This document shows, in pieces, positions 38,620 through 47,478 of a DNA stretch of 64,000 bases (position 1 is its first letter; every line of letters begins with the position of its first letter). Source of the stretch: Anaerolineae bacterium (GTDB taxonomy: Bacteria > Chloroflexota > Anaerolineae > UBA1429). Below the pieces are notes generated by a model that was given only the letters and a program-made list of their open reading frames with translations, did not search any database and was not told where the DNA came from. Location of the stretch: assembly GCA_963675785.1 (NCBI GenBank), contig OY776562.1, positions 3,008,001-3,072,000 on the forward strand. The letters run 5' to 3'. Both the position numbers and the translations under genes were made by a program.

Positions 38620-39474
38620 ATGCGTATCATAACGGACAGTGCTGCTGAGCTTTTGCCAGAGGATATTGAGCGATTTGATATCGAGGTAGAGCCGCTTATT
38701 GTGCATATGGATGGCAAGGAGGTTTCCGCTTCATCTATCAACGTAGATGATTTCTATGACATGCTGGAGAGTGTTGGCGAAAACCTGCCGACCACCTCTC
38801 AACCTTCGCCTGGCGCGTTTGTCACCCGTTATCAGAGCCGGCCTGAACAGGAAATTCTGGGCGTCTATATTTCCACCGGGTTGAGTGGCACGGTGCAATC
38901 AGCCACACTGGCAATGCGAGAGTGCCCGGAACGCACCGTAGGGGTGATCGATACCAAGGCCGTAGCTGGCGCTCAACGTTTTCAGGTATTGGCGGCGGCG
39001 ATGGCGGCTGAAAAGGGTTTGTCGATCGAGCAGATACGTGAACGCCTTGTGCAGATTCACGAGCAAACCGAGCTTTTGTTTACAGTAGAAACGCTCAAGT
39101 ATTTGGCTTATGGTGGGCGCATTGGTCGTGTCAAAGCTCTTGCTGGGTCGCTTCTCAATGTTAAACCAGTGATTCGATTGGATGAAGATGGTGTATTGGC
39201 TACTCAGGGACAGGCCCATTCTCGCAAGGGGGCACGGGCAGCTATTGTAAAAGAGCTCGTAAAGACCTTTGGTGCGGATGAGCCTCTTTGGGTAACTGTG
39301 CTTCACGGCCGTTGGCCAGAAGAAGCGCAGTTACTGGCGCAGGAACTTCAAAAGGCATTGAACATCGAACGAGTAGATGCTATTCGGATATCAACCATTC
39401 TCGGCATACACACCGGGCCTGGTGTGGTGGGTTGTGGTGCAGTTCCCATGTCTCTGATCAGAGATCTGCTCTAG
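38620..39474 (+). CDS. DegV/FakB family protein (second copy)
   Basis: MRIITDSA, PTTSQPSPG, STGLSGT, LKYLAYGGRIG, HTGPG. Confidence 0.93.
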   Translation: MRIITDSAAELLPEDIERFDIEVEPLIVHMDGKEVSASSINVDDFYDMLESVGENLPTTSQPSPGAFVTRYQSRPEQEILGVYISTGLSGTVQSATLAMRECPERTVGVIDTKAVAGAQRFQVLAAAMAAEKGLSIEQIRERLVQIHEQTELLFTVETLKYLAYGGRIGRVKALAGSLLNVKPVIRLDEDGVLATQGQAHSRKGARAAIVKELVKTFGADEPLWVTVLHGRWPEEAQLLAQELQKALNIERVDAIRISTILGIHTGPGVVGCGAVPMSLIRDLL

Positions 39475-39477
39475 CAT

Positions 39478-39521
39478 AAAAAAAGAAGGGGATGCGCTTG
39501 GCGCATCCCCTTCTTTTTTTT
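39478..39521. terminator. Bidirectional intrinsic terminator
   Basis: A7-gaaggggatgcgc / gcgcatccccttc-T8. Confidence 0.9.
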
Positions 39522-39527
39522 GAAAGA

Positions 39528-41303
39528 CTATTGATAGTTCTGCCAGGTATTGTCGCTGTAAAGGACATAGATACCCTTGACGTTGCTCCAGAACATTAGG
39601 CCGTTGCTGAATTGCTGTATGGAACCCTCAAAGCCGCGTTCCTCGGTGGTAGCCCATCCCAAGCCGCTACGGACAGTATCAGTATCACGCCATAGCTTGC
39701 CAAAACCGCGTTTCGGCTGATAGTAGCCAGAAGGCGCTGTGATCGAGGTATCCCACTCGGTATCACCGTCTTGCCAGGTGTCTGAATAGACAGCCCAAGT
39801 GCCATTGTTATTGAGCACATAGATATTGTCCGAATCAGACAGCCAAATCATCGTGCCGTTCTGGAAGGATTCCTCGCCTGCCCACACGTTGTATTCGGTC
39901 TGGGTGGCGCAGCCGAGCTTGGCACTAACGCTGCTGTAGCCGTTATAGATGCGCCCAAAGCCAAGCACTGGCGTTATACTGCAGCCCGTTGGCGTGGAAG
40001 AAGACGTTCCTCCATAGACAAACTTGACCGCATCAAAGCCCACAAAGCGGGTAGCATAGGTTTCTCCGGTATTATCCCCCAAATAGACGTATTCACCGCT
40101 GCCACCGGAAAAGGTATAGGTACCCAGGCTTACCCACTGGTCATAGTAAAGCGACTGATTGATCGACCGCACGTCTTTGGTACCATTGTGATAGATGGAA
40201 TAGGTTGCGTTCGTGGTGCCAAAGTAGCGAGAGGGGACATAGACGAACACTTCCCAATCACCGGCAACGGATACATACGGATACCATTTGGCCCAGTTGT
40301 AGAGTGTGGTCTTGCTGTTCCAAGTCCAATAAAGATGATCGTTATAACCCAGGTAGCGGTTGTAAAAGCTGCTAGATGATCCACCCCAGGTAAAGTTGGC
40401 ATCCTTTTCATCAACGACGATGGTAGTCGCCGTAGACTGCCCCAATGACCAGGAAACCTGACACTTGGCTGTACCGGTCAATTCATAGTACTCGATCTTG
40501 ATATCATGGTTGCCAGCTGCAATGTATTTGGTTGCAGTGTGTGAAGCCGATTGCGGATACCATTTGTCTATGATCAACGTTCCATCGACATAGACACGAA
40601 GGCCGTCATCTGTAGTCCCAGAGAAGGTGTAGGTGCCGCTTGTGGAAAAGTTGACGGTTCGCGTCCAGCGGGCAGAAAAATTATCCGAGTTGATGCCACT
40701 GGCTGGGGAACCAGTTCCCCAGTTGAACGAGACGCTGCTGTCATTGCGTACCAGAGCTGCATCGCCACCCAGCCAGGTGTTGTTATAGTATTCGCCCCGC
40801 CACTCAGTAATGTTTGATGCAGAGCTCCAAGTAAGCTGGCAGACAGCGTTCCCGGTATTCTCATAATACTCGACACGGAAGCTATGGTATCCCGCACTCA
40901 GATATCGGGTAGCGGTATACGTGGTCTGGCTCTGATCTTTCCACTGGTCAATGACAAGCGCGTCATCTACATAGAGACGGCCGCCGTCATCGAGGATCAA
41001 CGAAAAAGTATAATCGCCAGCAGCCATGTAAGGGAATGCTGTCCAGCGAACAGAAAAGCCATCGGCTGATACGCCGGTGGCAGGTGCAGAAGTTCCCCAG
41101 TTGAACGAAATTGACGAGTCGTCCCGGATGAGAGCGGGGCTACCGCTAATATCCTTGTTGTTGTAATATTCGCCTCGCCAGGTCACCGAATCAGCTGAGA
41201 CTGTAAGGGGTATAAAACTCAATGCTGAAAGCAGCAAAACTGTAGCCAAAGTTATGCGCGACCAAGAATGCCGGATGTTACGTTTCTCTAGATTGATTAC
41301 CAC
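39528..41303 (-). CDS. Secreted protein: two PA14 domains, a golvesin-like beta-sandwich and a C-terminal GFG-repeat domain
   Basis: Signal peptide; two WRGEYYNN...FS.RWT...DDG.R.YVD...EYYE units; QWVSLGTYTF...FDAVKF; PVLGFGRIY and PKRGFGKLW repeats. Confidence 0.8.
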   Translation of the reverse strand: MVINLEKRNIRHSWSRITLATVLLLSALSFIPLTVSADSVTWRGEYYNNKDISGSPALIRDDSSISFNWGTSAPATGVSADGFSVRWTAFPYMAAGDYTFSLILDDGGRLYVDDALVIDQWKDQSQTTYTATRYLSAGYHSFRVEYYENTGNAVCQLTWSSASNITEWRGEYYNNTWLGGDAALVRNDSSVSFNWGTGSPASGINSDNFSARWTRTVNFSTSGTYTFSGTTDDGLRVYVDGTLIIDKWYPQSASHTATKYIAAGNHDIKIEYYELTGTAKCQVSWSLGQSTATTIVVDEKDANFTWGGSSSSFYNRYLGYNDHLYWTWNSKTTLYNWAKWYPYVSVAGDWEVFVYVPSRYFGTTNATYSIYHNGTKDVRSINQSLYYDQWVSLGTYTFSGGSGEYVYLGDNTGETYATRFVGFDAVKFVYGGTSSSTPTGCSITPVLGFGRIYNGYSSVSAKLGCATQTEYNVWAGEESFQNGTMIWLSDSDNIYVLNNNGTWAVYSDTWQDGDTEWDTSITAPSGYYQPKRGFGKLWRDTDTVRSGLGWATTEERGFEGSIQQFSNGLMFWSNVKGIYVLYSDNTWQNYQ

Positions 41304-41367
41304 AGACCGCCTCCTTTAGACTTCGCAATGCAGCGAAAAAGGCAGAGCAAAGTTGCGAAACATACTC

Positions 41368-41396
41368 ATTATAACATCAGCGAATCATGCTATCAA
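41368..41396 (-). promoter_or_regulatory. sigma70-type promoter with extended -10
   Basis: Minus strand TTGATA-17-TATAAT, preceded by TGn. Confidence 0.7.
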
Positions 41397-41413
41397 TGCT
41401 TTTACTTGGCCTG

Positions 41414-43498
41414 CTATTGCTTTTCGATTGCCGTTATAATCCCGTTTTCCACCTGGACAGCATAAGTATCGTTTGAATCGGGATCATATACCTGAACGAT
41501 ATCATCTGGTGTTATTTCAGGTATTAGACGTTTTCCTTCATCACCAAGTTCCAGAGCCTCGATTGTTTGCGTTATGCCGGAATTGGCTACTAGCCCCTCA
41601 ATCGACTGCCCCTGAGCAATGCGAGAAAAGACGTTGTAAACCGTCGCATAGGAAGATGGGGCGGTCATTTCCAGCACGGCTTCAGCAAAGCTGGCATCTT
41701 CTGATAGATCAGTATCGCGCTCATAACCATCGGCACTGCGCAACCAGAGACTTGCGAGATCGCGATGTGCGCAAACGTGACATTCATCAAAAATGTCGGG
41801 CTCAATGGTGATGCCAAAGGTGGTCCCTGTAACCTGGATCGTGTCAATTCCTTCGCCAACAAAAGCGATGCTGCCGTCGGTGGTAATCCAATCTCTCTGA
41901 CCCTGAGGTGTCCATTCAGTAATCCATTCGCCAGCATCTTTGTGCAAGAGCACAAAACTAGGTTGCACTGCGCTTGCGCCAATGGTGCCATAAATGAGCC
42001 CGATACGATCGTTTTGCAGTCTGGCATCGATAATGAGATCACTGTTGGCAACACGTGTGGCATTGCCCTCGTCGAGTATGCCAATCCAGCTATTCGGCAG
42101 GTGTGCTGCAGCCACCCCATCATCAAGTAGGATTATAGAAGTTGCAGAAATACCTTGCTCCCAGTTGGCTGCCGTCAAATAATCAGCTAATTGCTCCGAA
42201 AGAACTATGTCATCCGTTTCTCCCGATTCGGCGACGAATCGCGCAACTACCTGGACTGTTTCGTCGATATCCCCCGCAGTTTGCAGGAATTGGCTCTCCC
42301 AATTGTTGGACTGTATCTGAATGGTGATATCGTTGAGACCCGTTGCCCATCCCAACACCGTAGTGTCATCTGGCACAACGATAAATCTGCGATCCGATCC
42401 GTCTGTACGGATGGCGTAATAGTAATAGGTTCCATCCAAACCGACGTGTTCTACAAGGACGTAATCACCCTCGGGATCCCAAGTAACGACCCTGGATTCG
42501 GCGCCATCCTCATCGAGGATCTGTCGGTTTGTCTGGGTTCCCAGATCATAAATCCACAGGCCGAGACCGACCACATCCTGATTGGTGTTCTGGCGGCGTT
42601 CGCGCAGGATATAAGCAAACTGGGACGCATCGGGAGACCAGGCTATGCTGGCGATTTCCAGATCTGGCTCCAGTTCGAGGTCAACAATATCGAGAGGAGA
42701 ACCAGTGAGCATGTCATACGCCGTTACGATGTTGGCATCTGTGGTGAGTTCGCTGGTCAAGAGGTAGGCGAGGTCATTCGAAGCTGCCAGTGCTCCCTCT
42801 GTCTCTACGACGGGGTCTTGCAGGTACATGCCCGCTGCCAGATCGATGGTGATGACGCGTGGCAAAAGGCCCCGACCGGATGCCAGACAGGATATGGTGC
42901 TGCCGTCGTAGCCAATAATCTCCAAGAGATTCTCGGTGGTTGGGAAGGTTGCCGTCGGGCTATTCTCATCCGGTTCTAGCAGGAAAAGTGTGGCAAGTTG
43001 TTCACTTGTTTCACTGCTCTCTGATAAGGATGTAACAGCACATATGGCACTGGAAGCATCCTGCGACCAGGCGATGTTGCTGGCCAAGATGTCCCCCTCA
43101 ATGGGCAGGATGATGGTGGTGATATCGCCACTGGCCAGATCGTATAGCTGCACTGTTTTGTTGTGGACAATTGCTACTCGACTGTTCTGGATATCAGCGG
43201 CATCAAAGCTGAATAGGCTGGCGATGGCCTCTGCGCTCTCACCAAATGCCCCACCCACAACGAGGTTTCCATTGGAGATATAGACTAAACGATTATCAAG
43301 GACACTGGTGTTGACTATTGGTGTGTTAGAGGGCGTTGCAGTGGCTTTAACTGTTGCTGTTGCAATGGGTTCTGCCGGGGTTGCTGTGACCTGGGACGTA
43401 GGCTCTATCGAAGGCGTGGGAGAACCATCTTGTGAGCAACTCGACAACAAGAATGATACAGCGAGAGCCAGTAACAGAGTGGTTCGAATACGCTTCAT
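41414..43498 (-). CDS. Acidic lipoprotein with beta-propeller and uncharacterised C-terminal domain
   Basis: Lipobox LSSC, Thr/Pro linker, WSQD/WSPD/WDPE blades; SD ggagg. Confidence 0.7.
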   Translation of the reverse strand: MKRIRTTLLLALAVSFLLSSCSQDGSPTPSIEPTSQVTATPAEPIATATVKATATPSNTPIVNTSVLDNRLVYISNGNLVVGGAFGESAEAIASLFSFDAADIQNSRVAIVHNKTVQLYDLASGDITTIILPIEGDILASNIAWSQDASSAICAVTSLSESSETSEQLATLFLLEPDENSPTATFPTTENLLEIIGYDGSTISCLASGRGLLPRVITIDLAAGMYLQDPVVETEGALAASNDLAYLLTSELTTDANIVTAYDMLTGSPLDIVDLELEPDLEIASIAWSPDASQFAYILRERRQNTNQDVVGLGLWIYDLGTQTNRQILDEDGAESRVVTWDPEGDYVLVEHVGLDGTYYYYAIRTDGSDRRFIVVPDDTTVLGWATGLNDITIQIQSNNWESQFLQTAGDIDETVQVVARFVAESGETDDIVLSEQLADYLTAANWEQGISATSIILLDDGVAAAHLPNSWIGILDEGNATRVANSDLIIDARLQNDRIGLIYGTIGASAVQPSFVLLHKDAGEWITEWTPQGQRDWITTDGSIAFVGEGIDTIQVTGTTFGITIEPDIFDECHVCAHRDLASLWLRSADGYERDTDLSEDASFAEAVLEMTAPSSYATVYNVFSRIAQGQSIEGLVANSGITQTIEALELGDEGKRLIPEITPDDIVQVYDPDSNDTYAVQVENGIITAIEKQ

Positions 43499-43560
43499 GT
43501 TTGCCTCCGGTCAACGTGATTCACTGCACTTATAACATGCGCATGCTTCTAAAGCAATCT

Positions 43561-44745
43561 CTAGGAGTGATCTAGCAATTCGGCCAGATCTGTAAGAGAG
43601 GTACTGTAATCAATCCGTAGGCGGTTAAGCATATAGGGTGCTTCATACGATTGATAGTACCAGTTGTTGAGCGTAAATGCTGTTGTATATCCATTCGCTT
43701 GCAGGAATTGAATGATCCTGTTGTTATAGGCGCCATAGGGGTAGCAAAAGGTTCCAATGGATTGGCCACTAATGGCTTGAAGTATGTCTCTGGCATCGAG
43801 AATTTGATGCACGAGTTCGGCATCTGACTCTTCTACCAAGCTGCTATGGTCATAGCCATGCACCCCAATCGTAAAGCCATTGGCCGCCAGTTCAATGATA
43901 TGTTCGCGGGTCAGGTAGGCGCTGCAGCCGATATATTGGGGTGAGATATAAATCACGGGCCGTAGCGAGGTATTTTGCAGAATGGGCCAGGCAACAGTGT
44001 AGACATCCCGATAACCATCGTCGATGGTAATGATGATTGGGTTAGTGGGCAATGGTTCACCGAGGAAGTAGGCGGCTAGCTCATTTGGCGAGATGCTGTG
44101 ATAATCATTCTCTACCAGATAAGCCATCTGCTCGGTAAATGCTTGCGGCGATACCACCCAGTCGCGCACAGATTGAGGTGAGTCATCATCAACGTTCTGT
44201 AGATGATGATACATGAGAACGGGAAGGGGAACTCCTTCATTCGAACAGCTAAACGAGAGTTCTAGTGTGCAAGGGCGCGTAAGTGACGTTCCGCCCAATT
44301 CACTGAGTGTGCATTGAATAGCGCCATCTGGCCACCCTGCTGATGGTGTAAAAACAAGGGTGCAGGCATCTGATTGACTGAGCGTGCCTTCTACTAGAGG
44401 TTGGAATGTCAAGTTTGCAGTGGAGAGGTCAATAGGTTGATCGAATACAAGGCGCAATGGCAAGTCTGAACGAACGCCTCGATCTCCCTGAATAGGATAG
44501 GATGCTACGAGTTCAGGCGCTGAGCCTGGGGTTGGCGTAAAGGTGGGGGTAATCGTTGCGGTTTCTGTCGGGATCAGCGTTGGTTGCAGCGACTCTAATG
44601 GCGTCGAGATAGGAACCGGCGTTGAAAAGGGAGGCTCTGCCTGAACAGTGAACGTAGGTAGTAGTGTACTGCCTGATGTCGTGCAGGCGGACAGGCCCAT
44701 CATGCAAAAAAGGGCAACTAACAATAAGGCATATTCTTTTTTCAT
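43561..44745 (-). CDS. Polysaccharide deacetylase (CE4) lipoprotein with Ig-like domain
   Basis: Lipobox LSAC; LRLVFDQPID (Big_5-like); PVLMYH, TIDDGY, HGYDH, YPYG. Confidence 0.87.
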   Translation of the reverse strand: MKKEYALLLVALFCMMGLSACTTSGSTLLPTFTVQAEPPFSTPVPISTPLESLQPTLIPTETATITPTFTPTPGSAPELVASYPIQGDRGVRSDLPLRLVFDQPIDLSTANLTFQPLVEGTLSQSDACTLVFTPSAGWPDGAIQCTLSELGGTSLTRPCTLELSFSCSNEGVPLPVLMYHHLQNVDDDSPQSVRDWVVSPQAFTEQMAYLVENDYHSISPNELAAYFLGEPLPTNPIIITIDDGYRDVYTVAWPILQNTSLRPVIYISPQYIGCSAYLTREHIIELAANGFTIGVHGYDHSSLVEESDAELVHQILDARDILQAISGQSIGTFCYPYGAYNNRIIQFLQANGYTTAFTLNNWYYQSYEAPYMLNRLRIDYSTSLTDLAELLDHS

Positions 44746-44766
44746 TCGATCTTTCCCTGTGGGGGA

Positions 44767-45522
44767 TCAGTTCTGAATGTTGATTCTCACTTCACATGGA
44801 TCGGGATAGTTGCCGGTTATATCAACGACGGTAAGCCTGATCCATGCCGTGCCATTTGGAAAACCCTGGGTTTGAAGCGTTGCCAGCGTGCCACCAACCA
44901 CTGCCTGGCTGTGTGTATTGCCGATGACATTCCACTGCTGCGGGGTTTCGCCTATGGCGTATTCTACTTTGTAAAAGTTGAATGACGTACCTGAGGCTGT
45001 ACCGATAATGCTTACCGATCCTGATACTTGGGCATCCATACCCGGGCTGGTAATCTGAATGTTCGGATCTGTGCATGAAGCGGGGGCAACCGCAACTGGC
45101 GTCGGAGTATCGATGATAACCGTAGTTTGCTGTGTAGGTGCAGTTGTAGCAGTGGCGACAGCTTCTGGTGTGCTGGTAGGTGTCGGCGAAGGTGTCAGAG
45201 TAGCCTGTTCGAGCGTAGGAATGGGCAGGGTGTGCGTTGGCGTCGGTGAAGCATATTGCTCCAGATCGATATTGGGCAACAGATACTGATTACACCCGGC
45301 GACAACAGCAATAAGAACGAGCACAACCACAATGCGACTGATCGCTCTTCTCTGACGATGAGCCCATACCTCTTTTTCGACAGTGAACATTGTGTTCGAG
45401 CGCTCTTGACCTGCCTTGAGCAATGTTCGAAGCTGCAAAAGAATGATCAGTGCGCAAAAGCCGTAAAACCAGGGCAGGTACTGATTGACATTTTCAGTAA
45501 TACTGGCAAGAACGTCGAGCAC
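44767..45522 (-). CDS. Two-TM membrane protein with Thr/Pro linker and C-terminal Ig-like domain
   Basis: Two hydrophobic helices, PT-rich spacer, ITSP...GTA...YKVEY...W...IRLTVVD. Confidence 0.7.
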   Translation of the reverse strand: MLDVLASITENVNQYLPWFYGFCALIILLQLRTLLKAGQERSNTMFTVEKEVWAHRQRRAISRIVVVLVLIAVVAGCNQYLLPNIDLEQYASPTPTHTLPIPTLEQATLTPSPTPTSTPEAVATATTAPTQQTTVIIDTPTPVAVAPASCTDPNIQITSPGMDAQVSGSVSIIGTASGTSFNFYKVEYAIGETPQQWNVIGNTHSQAVVGGTLATLQTQGFPNGTAWIRLTVVDITGNYPDPCEVRINIQN

Positions 45523-45540
45523 GTAGGCAGTCCTTCAGTT

Positions 45541-46386
45541 CTATAGGAGATGAGGTAGAACATCACGAATTAAATTCGCCAGGACGGGCGTAGCTTTCAA
45601 GCCCGCTTCCAGCACTTCTTCATGGTTGGGTTCTTCCTGAGAATCCAGCGAATCAATAGCCACATTTGATATCATCGAGATTCCAAGCACATCAATGCCT
45701 GCATGACGTGCGGCCACAACCTCAGGTGCAGTAGACATGCCTACTGCATTGGCACCGAAGCCGCGTAGCATACGTACTTCAGCAGGCGTTTCAAAACTTG
45801 GACCCGCGACCATGGCATAGACGCCGTGCAGCAAATGAACGTTCCCTTTTGCAGCAACCTCGTCCAACGCTTCAAGCATTTCATGACTGTAGGCATGGGT
45901 CATGCTTGGGAATCGTGGCCCCAAGTCTTCGTCAGCGGGGCCGCGTAGAGGACTGTGCCCAGCCATGCCTGCAAAATAGATATGATCGTCGATAGCCATA
46001 AGATCGCCCGGCTTCATGTTGTTATCAAGTCCGCCAGCCGCGTTGGTCACGATTAGCTTTTTAATACCCAAAAACTGCATAACGCGAATGGGGAACGTAA
46101 TCTGTAAAGCGTCATATCCCTCATAGTAGTGTACACGTCCTTGCATAATGAGCACAGGGATATTGGCCAGGTAACCCACTACCAGACGCCCCATGTGCCC
46201 TTGCACAGTAGAGGTAGGAAAATCAGGGATATCCCCAAAGGGAATGATCCGAGGATCTTGGACGCTATCTGCCAAGCTGCTCAAACCAGATCCCAAGATC
46301 ATGGCGATCTCGGGCTGACAGGTTATGCGCTGACGTACAAAATCAGCTGCTACCTGAGCACTGTATTTAAACATCTTTTGATCCAT
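45541..46386 (-). CDS. punA: Purine-nucleoside phosphorylase (trimeric type)
   Basis: ILGSGL, GRVHYYEG, TNAAGG, GPSFETPAE, VGMSTAPE, NHEEVL. Confidence 0.95.
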   Translation of the reverse strand: MDQKMFKYSAQVAADFVRQRITCQPEIAMILGSGLSSLADSVQDPRIIPFGDIPDFPTSTVQGHMGRLVVGYLANIPVLIMQGRVHYYEGYDALQITFPIRVMQFLGIKKLIVTNAAGGLDNNMKPGDLMAIDDHIYFAGMAGHSPLRGPADEDLGPRFPSMTHAYSHEMLEALDEVAAKGNVHLLHGVYAMVAGPSFETPAEVRMLRGFGANAVGMSTAPEVVAARHAGIDVLGISMISNVAIDSLDSQEEPNHEEVLEAGLKATPVLANLIRDVLPHLL

Positions 46387-46426
46387 TTTTTCATCTCCTG
46401 TCTGCACTGACGGGACAACGAAAAGG

Positions 46427-47332
46427 TTAATGCGCCCGAGGATGGGCCTCTTCGTAAAGCTCTCTGATCTGCTCTTGCGTCATTTGCGTATACACCTGCG
46501 TAGTGCTGACATTGGCGTGACCGAGCAAGCCTTGAACTTCATGTACGTCGGCGCCACCGCTCAAAAGGTGTGTAGCAAACGAATGCCTGAGTGTGTGGGG
46601 TGTAACGGGAACCTGAATCCCCGCATCTTCTACGTATTTACGAATGATCAGCCACAACCCTTGTCGGGTAAGCCGTTTGCCGCGGTGATTCAGGAACAAG
46701 GCTGTCTCTTCATCGGCGCGCAACAGCTTGGGGCGGCAATCGCAGAGGTAATGATCCAGCGCTTCGGCTGCACGCGAGTAAATGGGAATCAACCGTGCCT
46801 TGACACGATTGCTGTGGCTCTCGCAGTGTACACAGCTGTCTTGCAGATCAACATCGCAAACATCCAGAGCAACGATCTCGCTAACGCGCATGCCTGTTGC
46901 ATAGAGCATTTCTAGCAGGGCTGCATCACGATAGCTTCGAATGGTATCTTGCCCCTGGGGGGCTTTGAGAAGCCGTTCAACTTCTTCTTCAGTCAGTGCG
47001 ACTGGTGAATACTTGCGTACCTTGGGTGAATCAAGTTCTGACGTGGGATCGGATTGGCAAAATCCCTTTTCGCAAAGAAAGTGGAAAAAGGATTTTGCCG
47101 CAGCCACTTTGCGTGCAACGGTGGCTGAAGCGTATTCCCGCTCATAACGCAAGTCGTTGACAAAGGTCACCATGTTGTCAGGAGAAACACTACTCCAGTT
47201 GTCGACATGGCAGTTTTTTTGCATGAATGTACAAAACTGGGTTAGGTCGTTCTGGTAGGCAACGATTGTGTTGTGAGAGTACCCCTTTTCTTCTTTGAGC
47301 GAGTCTAGAAACGTCATGACAAGGTTCTGCAT
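46427..47332 (-). CDS. xerD: XerC/XerD-like tyrosine recombinase
   Basis: SHNTIVAYQNDL, YATGMRVSE, LTRQGLW, TPHTLRHSFATHLL, LLGH, TTQVY; next to punA as in Firmicutes. Confidence 0.8.
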   Translation of the reverse strand: MQNLVMTFLDSLKEEKGYSHNTIVAYQNDLTQFCTFMQKNCHVDNWSSVSPDNMVTFVNDLRYEREYASATVARKVAAAKSFFHFLCEKGFCQSDPTSELDSPKVRKYSPVALTEEEVERLLKAPQGQDTIRSYRDAALLEMLYATGMRVSEIVALDVCDVDLQDSCVHCESHSNRVKARLIPIYSRAAEALDHYLCDCRPKLLRADEETALFLNHRGKRLTRQGLWLIIRKYVEDAGIQVPVTPHTLRHSFATHLLSGGADVHEVQGLLGHANVSTTQVYTQMTQEQIRELYEEAHPRAH

Positions 47333-47478
47333 CAACACACCCTCCAGCATCCATTGTATCCACGATCCGGGCGTATTCTACCACTACTTGCCATAAGTAC
47401 AAATTTCTTGGCTTCCGGCCTTGCCAGGCCCTGATTTGAACGTTAACATGTGCGCCAGGATGGAGGATATCGAGACAC

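Noticed and set aside
41304-41367. c-di-AMP (ydaO) riboswitch upstream of the PA14 gene or near darA
   Set aside because: The leader is too short and lacks the ydaO consensus elements; only a weak ttcgca/tgcgaa pairing is present.
41760-41790. Possible heme c motif CHVCAH in the lipoprotein
   Set aside because: It is CxxCxH, not CxxCH, and occurs once; more likely a disulfide or metal site.
46427-47332. Integrase marking a mobile element
   Set aside because: XerD-type sequence beside punA, with no att repeats, tRNA, cargo genes or visible compositional shift.
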